From positions 718,113 to 782,112 of the forward strand of contig CAWBVY010000006.1 in NCBI GenBank assembly GCA_963792415.1: a stretch of 64,000 nucleotides of DNA. Reading direction: 5' to 3'. The DNA is from Candidatus Deferrimicrobiaceae bacterium (GTDB lineage Bacteria > Desulfobacterota > Deferrimicrobia > Deferrimicrobiales > Deferrimicrobiaceae). A model generated the notes under the pieces. The model saw only the letters and a program-made list of their open reading frames with translations, was not told where the DNA came from and ran no database searches. Below, piece after piece: positions 28,150-38,303 of this stretch (positions are counted from its first letter, which is position 1; every line of letters begins with the position of its first letter). A program made the position numbers and the translations under genes.

Positions 28150-28641
28150 TCATGGAAGCTGCTTCGCCGCCTTCTCGACGGCGTCCGCCATCGCCTTCCG
28201 GCCGGCCCGGATCTTCGCCAGGATCTTCGGGGACGAAAGGGAAAGGATCTGCGCCGCGAGGTGCCCCGCGTTCTGCGCCCCCGCCTTTCCCACGGCCATG
28301 GTCGCCACCGGGACACCGGCGGGCATCTGAACGGTCGAGAGCAGGGCGTCGAACCCGCCAAGGGCCGACCCGGCCAGCGGCACCCCGATCACCGGGAGCA
28401 CCGTCTCGGCGGCGACGCACCCGGCGAGGTGCGCCGCGGCCCCCGCCCCGGCGATGATCACCGAGAACCCTTCCTTCTCCGCCCGGCGGGCCAGCGCCTG
28501 GGTCCGGCCCGGCGAGCGATGCGCGGAGGCGACGGTCATCTCGCACGGGATCCCGTAGCCCGACAGCACCTCCGCCGCCGCCCGCATCGTCTCCGCGTCG
28601 GAGGCGCTTCCCATGAGGATCAGGACCTTCCCGGCCATCAT
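28150..28641 (-). CDS. purE: N5-carboxyaminoimidazole ribonucleotide mutase
   Basis: Real start MMAGKVLILMGSASD inside a 632 aa artefactual ORF; 163 aa PurE; ATGA overlap with purD stop. Confidence 0.9.
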   Translation of the reverse strand: MMAGKVLILMGSASDAETMRAAAEVLSGYGIPCEMTVASAHRSPGRTQALARRAEKEGFSVIIAGAGAAAHLAGCVAAETVLPVIGVPLAGSALGGFDALLSTVQMPAGVPVATMAVGKAGAQNAGHLAAQILSLSSPKILAKIRAGRKAMADAVEKAAKQLP

Positions 28642-29924
28642 CCGTTCCCCCGTGCGAGCGCCTTTCGCCCGATGTCGGTGCGCCAGTAGGCGCCTTCCCA
28701 ATGGATCCTGTCCACGGCGCGGTATGCGCGGGCGATCGCCTCCTTCAGCGTGTCGCCGATCGCGGTGACGCCGAGAACACGTCCCCCGTGGTTCACCAGG
28801 CGACCTTCCTTCATCGCCGTGCCGGCGTGGAACACCACCACGCCCTCCTCCTTCTCCGCCTCCTCGATTCCCCCGATGGCGCGCCCCACCTCGTACTTCC
28901 CCGGGTAGCCGCCGGACGACATCACGACGCAGACCGTCGGCCTCGGGTCGATCTCCATCTTCGCGTCCGTGATCTTCCCCCGCGCGCACTGCAGGAGCAG
29001 GGGGACGAGATCGCTTTTCAGGCGAAGGAAGAGCGGCTGCGCCTCGGGGTCTCCGAAGCGGACGTTGAACTCGAGGACCCGGGGGACTCCCCGTTCGATC
29101 ATGAGACCCGCGTAGAGGATGCCGCGGAAGACGATCCCCTCGGCACGAAGGCCCGCCAGCAGCGGCTCGAAGATCTCCCGGTGCACCCGCGCCTCGACGT
29201 CGGGCGTCACGACCGGCGCGGGGGAGTATGCCCCCATCCCGCCGGTATTGGGTCCGGCATCGTTGTCCCCGATCCTCTTGTGGTCCTGCGAGGATGGGAG
29301 CGGGACAAACTTGTCCCCGTCGGTGAAGACGATGTACGACGCCTCCTCGCCCGGCAGGCACTCCTCGATCACGACGCGCTCCCCCGCGGGGCCGAACACC
29401 CGGCGCTGCATCACGTCCTTCAGGAACGCGATCCCCTCCTCGAACGTCTGCGCGACGGCGACGCCCTTCCCCGCCGCGAGTCCGTCCGCCTTGACCACCA
29501 CCGGCAGCCGGTGGGTAAGCAGATATTGCTCCGCCTCGTCGTACTCTCCGAACACCTTGAAGGAGGCCGTCGGGATCCCGTACTTCCCGAGGATGGTCTT
29601 CATGAAGACCTTGGACCCCTCCATCTGCGCTCCCGCACGGTCCGGGCCGCAGACGAGGAGGCCCTCCTTCGTGAGCAGGTCGGTCAACCCAGCCGCCAGC
29701 GGGGCCTCGGGGCCGACCACGGTGAGGTCGATCCTCTTCGACACCGCGAATTTCCGCAACCCGTCGAGGTCGTCCATCGCCAGGGGAGCGCACTCCGCGT
29801 ACCGCGCGACCCCGGGGTTGCCGGGCGCGGCGTAGATCCTGGACACGAGGGGGCTCTTCGCGATCTTCCAGGCCAGGGCGTGCTCGCGACCGCCGCCGCC
29901 GACGATGAGGACGGAGATTCCCAT
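28638..29924 (-). CDS. purD: Phosphoribosylamine--glycine ligase
   Basis: 428 aa MGISVLIVGGGGREHALAW... ATP-grasp PurD. Confidence 0.95.
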   Translation of the reverse strand: MGISVLIVGGGGREHALAWKIAKSPLVSRIYAAPGNPGVARYAECAPLAMDDLDGLRKFAVSKRIDLTVVGPEAPLAAGLTDLLTKEGLLVCGPDRAGAQMEGSKVFMKTILGKYGIPTASFKVFGEYDEAEQYLLTHRLPVVVKADGLAAGKGVAVAQTFEEGIAFLKDVMQRRVFGPAGERVVIEECLPGEEASYIVFTDGDKFVPLPSSQDHKRIGDNDAGPNTGGMGAYSPAPVVTPDVEARVHREIFEPLLAGLRAEGIVFRGILYAGLMIERGVPRVLEFNVRFGDPEAQPLFLRLKSDLVPLLLQCARGKITDAKMEIDPRPTVCVVMSSGGYPGKYEVGRAIGGIEEAEKEEGVVVFHAGTAMKEGRLVNHGGRVLGVTAIGDTLKEAIARAYRAVDRIHWEGAYWRTDIGRKALARGNG

Positions 29925-29951
29925 TCCATCTTCCTCCGCTTTGAAGTGCTA

Positions 29952-30115
29952 AGTGTAGCGTCTCGCAAATATCCTGGCATTCGAACGCCGCTGCATCCGC
30001 TCCAGCTTCGTTGCGCCAGTTCGACGTACTCTCCCGGTACGCCTTCACTGCCGCGCCTTGCTGGCGCGGCGCATCGACGCTCTCGATGCTCAGGCTATTT
30101 GCGAGACGCTACACT
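29952..30115. repeat. Structured intergenic repeat, copy A: 20 bp perfect terminal inverted repeats flanking a ~125 bp core
   Basis: AGTGTAGCGTCTCGCAAATA at 29952-29971 and its reverse complement at 30096-30115; core contains a local hairpin GCCGCGCC..GGCGCGGC; homologous to copy B at 50658-50803. Confidence 0.65.
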
Positions 30116-31676
30116 AGTGCCGGAAGTGCCGCACTCCGGTGAACACCATCGCCATCCCGTGCTCGTCGGCCGCGGCGATCACTTCCGCGTCCCGGACCGA
30201 CCCGCCCGGCTGGATCACCGCCGTGGCCCCCGCCCCGGCGGCCACGTCGAGACCGTCGCGGAACGGGAAGAAGGCGTCGGAGGCGACGACCGTCCCCTTC
30301 GTCGGGTGCTGCGCCTTCATCACCGCGATTTTCGCCGAGTCGACCCGGCTCATCTGCCCCGCCCCCACACCGACGGTGCGGTCCTTCATCGCGTAGACGA
30401 TCGCGTTCGATTTTACGTGCTTGCACACCTTCCACGCGAACAGCATCGCCTCGAGCTCGTCCGCGGTGGGCTTCCGCTTCGTCACCACCTTCAGGTCCTT
30501 CGGGTCGAGCACGTGCCGGTCGCCCGTCTGCAGGAGGAGCCCGCCGCTCACCCGCTTCATCTCGAACGTCCTGGCTTCCGACCACCGGAACGCGCCGCCC
30601 GTGGCCAGGACGCGGAGGTTCTTCTTCGCCGAGAGGATCTTCCGCGCCCCCTTGTCGTAGGAAGGGGCGATGACCGCCTCGAAGAAGGTGTTGGCGATCT
30701 CCCGGGCCGTCTCGGAGTTCACGGGCCGGTTGAATCCGATCACGCCGCCGTAGGCGGAGACGGGGTCGCAACTGCGCGCCTTCTTGAAGGCATCCAGGAG
30801 ACGGCGCTTCGAGACACCCACGCCGGAAGGGTTCGTGTGCTTGATGACGACCGCGGCGGGGATGGCGAATTCGAGAGCGAGCTGCAGCGCGGCGTCGATG
30901 TCGACGATGTTGTTGTAGGAGAGCTCCTTCCCCTGCAACTGCTGCGCGCCTCCCAGCGTCGGCTCGTCGGGCAGCGTGGCGTCGACGTAGAACGACGAGG
31001 CCTGGTGCGGGTTCTCGCCGTACCGGAGCCCCTGGAGTTGACGCCACTGGGCCGTGAAGGTCACGGGGAACGCCTCCACCCCTCCCTGCCCCGCGCCGAG
31101 GTAGTTCGAGATCGCCGCATCGTACCGTGCCGTCATTGCGAATGCCTTCCGCCCGAGTTCCTTCATGGTCTCCTCGTCGAGATTTCCGGCGTTCTTCTTC
31201 AGCTGCGCGAGGACCAGGGGGTAGTCGGCGGGGTCGCATACCACCGCGACCGACTGGGAGTTTTTCGCGGCGGACCGGAGCATCGAAGGTCCGCCGATGT
31301 CGATGTTTTCGATCGCCTCCTCCCGGGTGCAGCCGGGGCGGGCAACCGTGGCCTCGAAAGGATAGAGGTTCCCGATCAGCATGTCGAACGGGACGATCCC
31401 GTGCTCCGCGATCGTCTTCATGTGCGCCGCGTTCCCGCGCAGGGCGAGAAGCCCCCCGTGGATCTTCGGGTTCAAGGTTTTCACCCGCCCGTCCAGCATC
31501 TCGGGGAACCCCGTGTACTCCTCGATGAGGCGCACCGGGACCTTCTTCTCCCGAAGCAGTTTCGCCGTTCCTCCCGAGGCGTACAGCTCGACGCCGAGCC
31601 GGGAGAGCGCGGCGCAGAACTGCGCCACGCCGGTCTTGTCGGATACGCTGACGATCGCCCGATGGATTCTCGCCAT
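30114..31676 (-). CDS. purH: Bifunctional AICAR transformylase / IMP cyclohydrolase
   Basis: 520 aa [16 protein letters not shown]... MGS-like + AICARFT domains. Confidence 0.95.
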   Translation of the reverse strand: MARIHRAIVSVSDKTGVAQFCAALSRLGVELYASGGTAKLLREKKVPVRLIEEYTGFPEMLDGRVKTLNPKIHGGLLALRGNAAHMKTIAEHGIVPFDMLIGNLYPFEATVARPGCTREEAIENIDIGGPSMLRSAAKNSQSVAVVCDPADYPLVLAQLKKNAGNLDEETMKELGRKAFAMTARYDAAISNYLGAGQGGVEAFPVTFTAQWRQLQGLRYGENPHQASSFYVDATLPDEPTLGGAQQLQGKELSYNNIVDIDAALQLALEFAIPAAVVIKHTNPSGVGVSKRRLLDAFKKARSCDPVSAYGGVIGFNRPVNSETAREIANTFFEAVIAPSYDKGARKILSAKKNLRVLATGGAFRWSEARTFEMKRVSGGLLLQTGDRHVLDPKDLKVVTKRKPTADELEAMLFAWKVCKHVKSNAIVYAMKDRTVGVGAGQMSRVDSAKIAVMKAQHPTKGTVVASDAFFPFRDGLDVAAGAGATAVIQPGGSVRDAEVIAAADEHGMAMVFTGVRHFRH

Positions 31677-31732
31677 GATCTGGGATCCTTCCTTGGTGTC
31701 GTGATGCGGTATGTGCCGATCGGAGCGCGTCG

Positions 31733-33268
31733 TTACGGCTTGTAGGGAACGGCCCCGATCACGGTCTTCAGGTCGTCGTCGGGGAACTTGATCCCGAACC
31801 CGAGAAAGAAGGTCCGGTACTGCGAAAACTCGCTCAGCAAATCGTCCGCCCCGGCCGTGATGAAAAGGTTTTTGAAAATATCATAGTTGCCGTACAGCTT
31901 CAAATGCGCGCGGTTGTCGGGCCGGTTGAAGTCGAAGATGTCCGCCCCGACGCTGAGCCGGTCCTTCACCACATCGTACTCCAGCCCCAATCCCCCCGCG
32001 GACTCCATGATGCCGCCCCGGACCGTGACCCGGGAGAACCGCTTCGCCAGCAGGGCGTTGAACTTCCACTTGTCCTCGTAGCTCACCACTTTCGTCTCGA
32101 CAGGAGGATTCCCGCCGACGCTGACGAAGGTACTGCTGTCCGTGCGTTTCCCCCTCGGGTCGTTTACGACACCGACAAGATAATACTTGTCCGCCGTGGG
32201 CTGGATCTTCAGGTTCAGGTAATACTTCCAGTCGGAGGTGCCGGTCTGGAACTCGACCCACGGGACCAGCGTCATGTGCAGCGCATCATACTTACGGACG
32301 TACCGGTTGACCCCTTCGAGGGTCTCGGTGAGGGAGGTGTGAGCCGTATTGTCGTTGACGAGCTTCCCGAGGGTCCCCTCGCCGCGGTCGATCTTCGCCA
32401 TCACCCTCCCGGCGGAGTCGAGCGTGTTGTCGAGGCGCGCGGAGGCGGTCTTCAGGTTGGCGATGCTCTCCTTCAGGTTCTCCCGGTTGTCCCCCGCGAT
32501 GTTGCTCACCCGCTCGCTCATCTCCTCGAGCTTGCGCACCAGCTCCGGCGTTTCGCTCTTCAGCGTGTCGGAAAAAGCCCGGAAATTCGCGATCGTCGCG
32601 CGGACGTCCTGCTTGTTGCTCGCCGAGATGTCGGAGAGATCCGCGGACAGCCGGTCGATGTTCGCCAGGATCCGCTCGAAACGATCTTCGTTCCCCTGCA
32701 CGACGGTCCGCAGGGAGGCGGTGGTGGCCCGGACATCGCGGAGGATGTCCGCGAGCGCCTGTTTCCCCTCCTCGGTCCCGAAAGTCGAGGAGAGCGCTTC
32801 GGTGAACTTCTTGACGTCGTCCCCGATCGCCGACAGCTTTCTCACCATCTCGTCAAGATTCGTGGGGGTCAGGGTGTTGGTGACCTGTCCCCCCGCCGGC
32901 AAGTTGCGCTGCACGTCCTTCCCCGGGAGGATCTCGACATATTTCTCGCCGAGAAGGCCCTGGGTCTGGATGGAAGCGACCGAGTCGATCGGGATCCGGA
33001 TCCCCTGTCGAACGCGAAGGACGAGGCGGGCGCGGTTTCCCACAAGCTCGATCCCCTCGACCTTCCCGATCGGAACCCCGGCCATCTTCACGTCCGACTT
33101 GGGCTCCAGACCCGCCGCCGTGTCGAAGTCCACCGTGAGCCTGTACCCCTTCTCCGCGATCAATCCCCACTTGCTCACGCGGAACGTGAAGAACGTGAGG
33201 ACGATCAGCCCCAGAAGGACGAAAATCCCGACGCGGGCCTCCCTGGACATCGACGATGCTACCCCCAT
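31733..33268 (-). CDS. mlaD: MCE-domain protein (MlaD-like with long coiled-coil C-terminus)
   Basis: 511 aa; N-terminal TM, MCE domain, long helical region; follows mlaE-mlaF. Confidence 0.8.
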   Translation of the reverse strand: MGVASSMSREARVGIFVLLGLIVLTFFTFRVSKWGLIAEKGYRLTVDFDTAAGLEPKSDVKMAGVPIGKVEGIELVGNRARLVLRVRQGIRIPIDSVASIQTQGLLGEKYVEILPGKDVQRNLPAGGQVTNTLTPTNLDEMVRKLSAIGDDVKKFTEALSSTFGTEEGKQALADILRDVRATTASLRTVVQGNEDRFERILANIDRLSADLSDISASNKQDVRATIANFRAFSDTLKSETPELVRKLEEMSERVSNIAGDNRENLKESIANLKTASARLDNTLDSAGRVMAKIDRGEGTLGKLVNDNTAHTSLTETLEGVNRYVRKYDALHMTLVPWVEFQTGTSDWKYYLNLKIQPTADKYYLVGVVNDPRGKRTDSSTFVSVGGNPPVETKVVSYEDKWKFNALLAKRFSRVTVRGGIMESAGGLGLEYDVVKDRLSVGADIFDFNRPDNRAHLKLYGNYDIFKNLFITAGADDLLSEFSQYRTFFLGFGIKFPDDDLKTVIGAVPYKP

Positions 33269-33331
33269 GCATGCGGCCCGACCGGACCTCCCCGGCCGGA
33301 CTCCTCACCCCGAAATATCGGGGATACTATA

Positions 33332-34108
33332 TCATCGGCTGACGAAGCGGACGAACTCCTCGCTCTCGTCCGTGATGGGACCGTGCGCGCGGCCCTGAAC
33401 GAACTGCGCGACCACCGGGTTCGACGTCGTCCGGATCTCCTCCGGGGTCCCCACCTCGATGATCTTTCCCTTGTACAGCATCGCGATCTGATCCGCGATC
33501 TTGTAGGCGGAGGCCATGTCGTGGGTGATCGTGATCGAGGTCACCCCGAGCGTCTCCCGCAGCGAGATGATCAGGTCGTTGATGACGTCGGCCATGATCG
33601 GATCCAGGCCCGTCGTGGGCTCGTCGTACAACAGGATGTCGGGCTCGGAGGCGATCGCCCGGGCGAGCCCCACGCGTTTCTTCATGCCGCCCGACAGCTC
33701 CGCGGGCATCAGGCGCTGGATGTCGCGCAGCCCGACCATCGAGAGTTTCTCCTCCACCACCTCCCGGATCTGGCCCTCCGGGTACATTTTCAGCCGCCGC
33801 AATACGAACGCCACGTTCTCCCCCACGTCCATCGAGTCGAACAGGGCCGCCCCCTGGAAGAGCATCCCGAACCGGCGGCGGACCCGGACCAGTTCCCGCT
33901 CGTCCATCCGGGTGATGTCGTGGCCGTCGATCCGGATCTCCCCCGCGTCCGGGTGAAGCAGCCCCACCGCGCACTTGATGAGGACCGACTTGCCTGTGCC
34001 GCTTCCGCCGATGACGACGGTGTTCTTCCCCCTCGGCACGGTCAGCTTGAGGCCGTCGAGGACAACCTTCTTCCCGAAAGCCTTGCTCAAATCCTGGATC
34101 GCGATCAC
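33332..34108 (-). CDS. mlaF: ABC transporter ATP-binding protein MlaF
   Basis: 258 aa; Walker A GGSGTGKS, signature LSGGMKKRV, Walker B ILLYDEP. Confidence 0.9.
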   Translation of the reverse strand: MIAIQDLSKAFGKKVVLDGLKLTVPRGKNTVVIGGSGTGKSVLIKCAVGLLHPDAGEIRIDGHDITRMDERELVRVRRRFGMLFQGAALFDSMDVGENVAFVLRRLKMYPEGQIREVVEEKLSMVGLRDIQRLMPAELSGGMKKRVGLARAIASEPDILLYDEPTTGLDPIMADVINDLIISLRETLGVTSITITHDMASAYKIADQIAMLYKGKIIEVGTPEEIRTTSNPVVAQFVQGRAHGPITDESEEFVRFVSR

Positions 34109-34129
34109 GCCGGTTTCGGCCCTTTCCCG

Positions 34130-34930
34130 TCAGAACATGAAGGACGTCATGAAGTAGTCCGAGATGAGCACCATCATGGAGGACGCCACGACCGCCCGCG
34201 TGGTGGCCCGGCCGACCCCCTCCGCGCCCCCCTCCGCAACGAAACCGTGATGGCACGAGATGAGGGCGATCAGCATCCCGAAGACCGAGGCCTTGACCAG
34301 CCCCGTGTAGATGTCCTTGAACTCGAGGTACTGGTACGTCTTTGCCATGTACACGTACGGGTTGGCGCCCATCAGATGGACGGAGACGAAGTAGCCCCCG
34401 ACGATCCCCAGCAGGTCCGCGAACACGACGAGCACCGGGAGGACGAGCGTAGCGGCCACCACGCGCGGAACGACGAGGTACTTGACCGGGTTGGTGGCGA
34501 GAGTGACCAGGGCGTCGATCTGCTCCGTCACCTTCATCGTCCCCAATTCCGCGGCCATCGAGGCGCCGACGCGGCCGGAGACCATGAGCCCGGCGAACAC
34601 CGGCCCCAGTTCCCGGGTGATGGAAAGGGCGACGACCGACCCGACGAAGCTGGTCGCGCCGAACCGCTGGAACCCGGAGTAGCTCTGCAGCGCGAGGACC
34701 ATGCCGGTGAAGGTGGCGGTGACGAGCACGACCGGCATCGACCGGACCCCGACCTCTTCCATCTGCTTGACGATGTTGCGGATCTCCGACGGCGGCCGCA
34801 CCACCCAGGAGACGACCTGGAGGAACAGGGTGAAGATCGCCCCCAGGTCCTGCACCATGGCGTAGACCCGCTTCCCGAGGAGCTCCGCGACCCGGGCGGC
34901 GCCGTTCTTTTTCCCGGTGGCGTCAGTCAA
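34130..34930 (-). CDS. mlaE: ABC transporter permease MlaE
   Basis: 266 aa MlaE/YrbE-type permease. Confidence 0.9.
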   Translation of the reverse strand: MTDATGKKNGAARVAELLGKRVYAMVQDLGAIFTLFLQVVSWVVRPPSEIRNIVKQMEEVGVRSMPVVLVTATFTGMVLALQSYSGFQRFGATSFVGSVVALSITRELGPVFAGLMVSGRVGASMAAELGTMKVTEQIDALVTLATNPVKYLVVPRVVAATLVLPVLVVFADLLGIVGGYFVSVHLMGANPYVYMAKTYQYLEFKDIYTGLVKASVFGMLIALISCHHGFVAEGGAEGVGRATTRAVVASSMMVLISDYFMTSFMF

Positions 34931-36038
34931 TGGTCACCCGGGGGATCCTCGGGCCGACCTGGACCAGGATCTCGTACGGGATGGTCCCGCAGACGCGCGC
35001 CATCTCCTCCGCGCCCATCGACGCCTCCCCCATCACCTCGACGTCCGTCCCGATCTCCACGCCCGGCATCCCGGTGACGTCGATCATCGTGTGGTCCATG
35101 CACACCGTTCCGACGACGGGGACGGGATGGCCGGCGACCGACATCCGGGCACGGCAGGTCAACGCGCGGCGATAGCCGTCGGCGTACCCGATGGGGACGA
35201 CGGCGATCCGGCGGGCGCCGTCGCAGCAGTACCGGCGGTTGTAGCTCACCGCGTGTCCCGCCGGGAGCTCCTTCAGGGACAACACCTTCGAAATGACCCG
35301 CATCACGGGGCGAAGGTCCTGCGACGCCTCGCCGGGGGGGAGAGGGGAGCAGCCGTACAGGGAGATGCCGGGCCGGACGAGGTCGAACGGCTCCTCGCCG
35401 AACCGGAGGATTCCCGCGCTGTTCAGCGCATGGACCGCCACGGAGGCCCCGAACGCCTTCCGCACGGCGGGGAGCATCTCCCGGAAGGTGGCCAACTGCG
35501 CCGCCGTGTACTCCCGGTCCTCCACCGCCGACCCGTCCGCCGAAGACAGGTGCGTCATCCACCCTTCCAGCCGCAGAGCGGGGATTGAAGCAATCTGCCC
35601 CGCCGCCTCCATGGCCTCCCGCGGGGGCAGTCCGAGCCGCCCCATCCCCGTGTCGACCTTGACGTGCACCGGGAAGGGACGCCCCGCCGCCTCCGCCGCG
35701 CGGGCCAGGTAGCCGATCTGCCTCCGGTCGAACAGTATTGCCGAAAGGCCGTGGGCGTGGGCCTCCGCCGCCTGCGGCGGGTCGATGCCCCCCAGTACGA
35801 CTACCGGGAGGCGGATCCCCCCCTCGCGCAGTTCCACCCCTTCTTCCACCGTGGCCACGCCCAGCATCCGCGCCCCGTCCGCCTCGAGGGCGCGCGCCAC
35901 GGGAAGCGCGCCGTGCCCGTAGGCGTTCGCCTTCACGATGCCGAGAAGGCCGACGCCTTGCGGGAGCAGCGCGCGAATCACTTGAACGTTGTGCCGGAGG
36001 GCCGAGAGGCGGATCTCCGCCACCGTGGGCCGGGCCAA
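34923..36038 (-). CDS. alr: Alanine racemase
   Basis: 371 aa; PLP-lysine motif IVKANAYGHG. Confidence 0.9.
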   Translation of the reverse strand: MARPTVAEIRLSALRHNVQVIRALLPQGVGLLGIVKANAYGHGALPVARALEADGARMLGVATVEEGVELREGGIRLPVVVLGGIDPPQAAEAHAHGLSAILFDRRQIGYLARAAEAAGRPFPVHVKVDTGMGRLGLPPREAMEAAGQIASIPALRLEGWMTHLSSADGSAVEDREYTAAQLATFREMLPAVRKAFGASVAVHALNSAGILRFGEEPFDLVRPGISLYGCSPLPPGEASQDLRPVMRVISKVLSLKELPAGHAVSYNRRYCCDGARRIAVVPIGYADGYRRALTCRARMSVAGHPVPVVGTVCMDHTMIDVTGMPGVEIGTDVEVMGEASMGAEEMARVCGTIPYEILVQVGPRIPRVTID

Positions 36039-36123
36039 GCCTGGACCTCCCGGGGAAGCGAGATGAGCGATGGGGAAAGTTTACCCCACCCCCTCCGGGC
36101 AAGTAAAGGACACGGACCCACCC

Positions 36124-36153
36124 TTGACACCCCCGATCCCACGGCCGTATTAT
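36124..36153 (+). promoter_or_regulatory. Sigma70-type promoter upstream of the TPP riboswitch (TTGACA-N18-TATTAT)
   Basis: TTGACA 36124-36129, TATTAT 36148-36153, about 10 nt before the riboswitch aptamer. Confidence 0.5.
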
Positions 36154-36162
36154 TAAAAGTAA

Positions 36163-36320
36163 CCGCCAGGGGTGCATTTCGCTGAGAGCCTCAGGGGGGG
36201 GCGCACCGCGTGAGCCTTCCCCTTTGGGCAACCCGTCGAACCTGACCCGGGTAATACCGGCGCAGGGAGCGTGGTCCTCTTCGAGCCGTGCCGTTTCCCC
36301 CTGGCGCGGCTTTTCATTTT
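36163..36320 (+). promoter_or_regulatory. TPP (THI-box) riboswitch with intrinsic terminator expression platform
   Basis: CCAGGGGTGC...GCTGAGAG...ACCCGTCGAACCTGACCCGGGTAATACCGGCGCAGGGA matches the THI element consensus; followed by hairpin GCCGTGCC-loop-GGCGCGGC and TTTTCATTTT; sits immediately 5' of thiC. Confidence 0.85.
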
Positions 36321-36343
36321 CCGAACGGAAAGGAAGGTACACC

Positions 36344-37633
36344 ATGACGTTGATGCATCGCGCGCGGCAGGGGGAGATCCCTCCGGCGATCGCCCTTGCG
36401 GCGCAATCGGAACATATGGACCCCGAGACGCTTCGGGATCGGATCGCCGCAGGGAGAGTCGTCATTCCCCGCAACCGGAAACGCCGCGAGATCCGCCCCG
36501 TCGCCGTCGGCGAAGGCCTCACCATCAAGGTGAACGCGAACGTCGGCTCCTCCCGCGACCACGCCGACATCGCGCTGGAGATGGAGAAGATGCGCGCCGC
36601 CGTGGCGGCCGGGGCCGACGCGGTGATGGACCTGTCCACGGGAGGACCGATCGACGAGATCCGACAGGCGATCCTCGCCGAGTGCCCCGTACCGGTCGGG
36701 ACCGTCCCCCTGTACCAGATCGCGGCCGACGGCAACCTGCGTGGAAAATCGTGGGTCGAACTCACGGCGGACGACTTCTTCGCCGGGATCGAGAAACAGG
36801 CCTTCGAGGGGGTCGACTTCATGACGGTCCACTGCGGCGTGACCCGCGGATCGGTCGAGCGCCTGGTCCGGGAGGGTCGCCGCCTCGACATCGTCAGCCG
36901 CGGCGGGTCTCTCCTGGCGGAGTGGATGGATTTCAACGGTCAGGAAAACCCGTTCTACGAACAGTACGACCGTCTCCTTGCGATCTGCCGGGAGTACGAC
37001 GTCACGATCTCCCTGGGCGACGGCCTGCGCCCCGGGTGCCTGGCGGACGCCACGGATCGCGCGCAGGTCCACGAATTGATGACGCTGGGCGAACTCACCG
37101 AGCGCGCCTGGGAGAAAGACGTGCAGGTGATGGTCGAAGGCCCCGGCCACGTCCCGATGCACCAGATCGCCGCCAACATGGTGCTCCAGAAGCGGCTGTG
37201 CCACGGCGCGCCGTTCTACGTCCTCGGCCCCCTGGTGACCGACATCGCCCCGGGGTACGACCACATCACTTCGGCCATCGGCGGCGCGATCGCCGGTTGG
37301 AGCGGCGCGGATTTCCTGTGCTACGTTACGCCGTCGGAGCACCTCCGGCTGCCGCCGGTGGAGGACGTGCGCGAAGGGGTGATCGCGACCCGGATCGCCG
37401 CGCATGCCGCGGATATCGCCCGCGGGCTCCCCGGGGCGATGGACCGGGACAACAAGATGGCGGATGCGCGCGGCGCGCTGGACTGGAAGGCGCAGATCGA
37501 ACTGTCCATCGACCCGGAACGGGCGAGCGCCTGGCGGGGGGGATCCCTTCCCAGCGCGGACGAGGCGGCCTGCACGATGTGCGCGGACCTGTGCGCCATC
37601 AAGACGTCGCGGAAGGCGATCCGGAAAGGGTAG
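36344..37633 (+). CDS. thiC: Phosphomethylpyrimidine synthase
   Basis: Start MTLMHRA after AAGGAAGG RBS; 429 aa ThiC radical SAM family with C-terminal Cys cluster CTMCADLC. Confidence 0.95.
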   Translation: MTLMHRARQGEIPPAIALAAQSEHMDPETLRDRIAAGRVVIPRNRKRREIRPVAVGEGLTIKVNANVGSSRDHADIALEMEKMRAAVAAGADAVMDLSTGGPIDEIRQAILAECPVPVGTVPLYQIAADGNLRGKSWVELTADDFFAGIEKQAFEGVDFMTVHCGVTRGSVERLVREGRRLDIVSRGGSLLAEWMDFNGQENPFYEQYDRLLAICREYDVTISLGDGLRPGCLADATDRAQVHELMTLGELTERAWEKDVQVMVEGPGHVPMHQIAANMVLQKRLCHGAPFYVLGPLVTDIAPGYDHITSAIGGAIAGWSGADFLCYVTPSEHLRLPPVEDVREGVIATRIAAHAADIARGLPGAMDRDNKMADARGALDWKAQIELSIDPERASAWRGGSLPSADEAACTMCADLCAIKTSRKAIRKG

Positions 37634-37651
37634 CTCCCGGCGAACCCGCCG

Positions 37652-38158
37652 CTATTTCGCGGGGACCACCGACCGCACCTTTTCCCGGAACGGTTCCGCG
37701 AACCGATCAGGGAAGACGGCCGCGAGCCGCTTTCCCGCGGCCATGGCCGTGGGTGCCGCCTTCGACTCGCGCAGCAGCCGGGCGTCCCGCGGCAGCAGGA
37801 TCACCAGCAGGAACACGACCAGTATCGAGAACAGCGCGCCTTTCACCAGGCCCACCGCCATCCCCGCGAGCCGGTCCGTCCCCGACAGCGTGGACTTCCG
37901 TACCCACCCCTCGATCAGCCCCCCGATCAGCCGGACCGCGAGATACGCGGCGAGGAAGACGACCGCATACCCGACCACCTCGGCGTACTGGAAGGAGAGG
38001 CCGAGCCTCGCCTGCGCGAAGCCGTACCACCGGACCCCTGCCAGGTGTCCTGCGATCAACCCCCCGAGGGAGAAGAGCTGCCGGACCAGGCCCCGGACGA
38101 TTCCGGAGACGGCGAACCAGACGATCAGTAATGCAAGGATCAGATCGAGGAGGTTCAT
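37652..38158 (-). CDS. cvpA: CvpA-family membrane protein (colicin V production protein)
   Basis: 168 aa, 4 TM helices, CvpA-like. Confidence 0.8.
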   Translation of the reverse strand: MNLLDLILALLIVWFAVSGIVRGLVRQLFSLGGLIAGHLAGVRWYGFAQARLGLSFQYAEVVGYAVVFLAAYLAVRLIGGLIEGWVRKSTLSGTDRLAGMAVGLVKGALFSILVVFLLVILLPRDARLLRESKAAPTAMAAGKRLAAVFPDRFAEPFREKVRSVVPAK

Positions 38159-38303
38159 GCCCCCATTATGGCGTCACCGGAACGTCCCTTCAACAGAAAC
38201 ACCCGGCCGGTAATGGACTTTTTTCGGGATCCCTTCCGAAGGGTTGGAAACGGCGCGGGAAGCGGTGTATAAAGAATGTCCGGGGAAAGCCTCCCGGTAT
38301 GGC

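Noticed and set aside
28701-31745. 1014 aa plus-strand ORF and 1057 aa plus-strand ORF (31904-35077)
   Set aside because: They are antisense to purD/purH and to mlaD/mlaF/mlaE respectively. They are low-complexity; the sense frames give unmistakable enzymes.
34927-36936. 669 aa minus-strand ORF spanning alr and running into thiC
   Set aside because: It is out of frame with alr and antisense to the riboswitch and thiC. It is Gly/Arg/Pro-rich noise.
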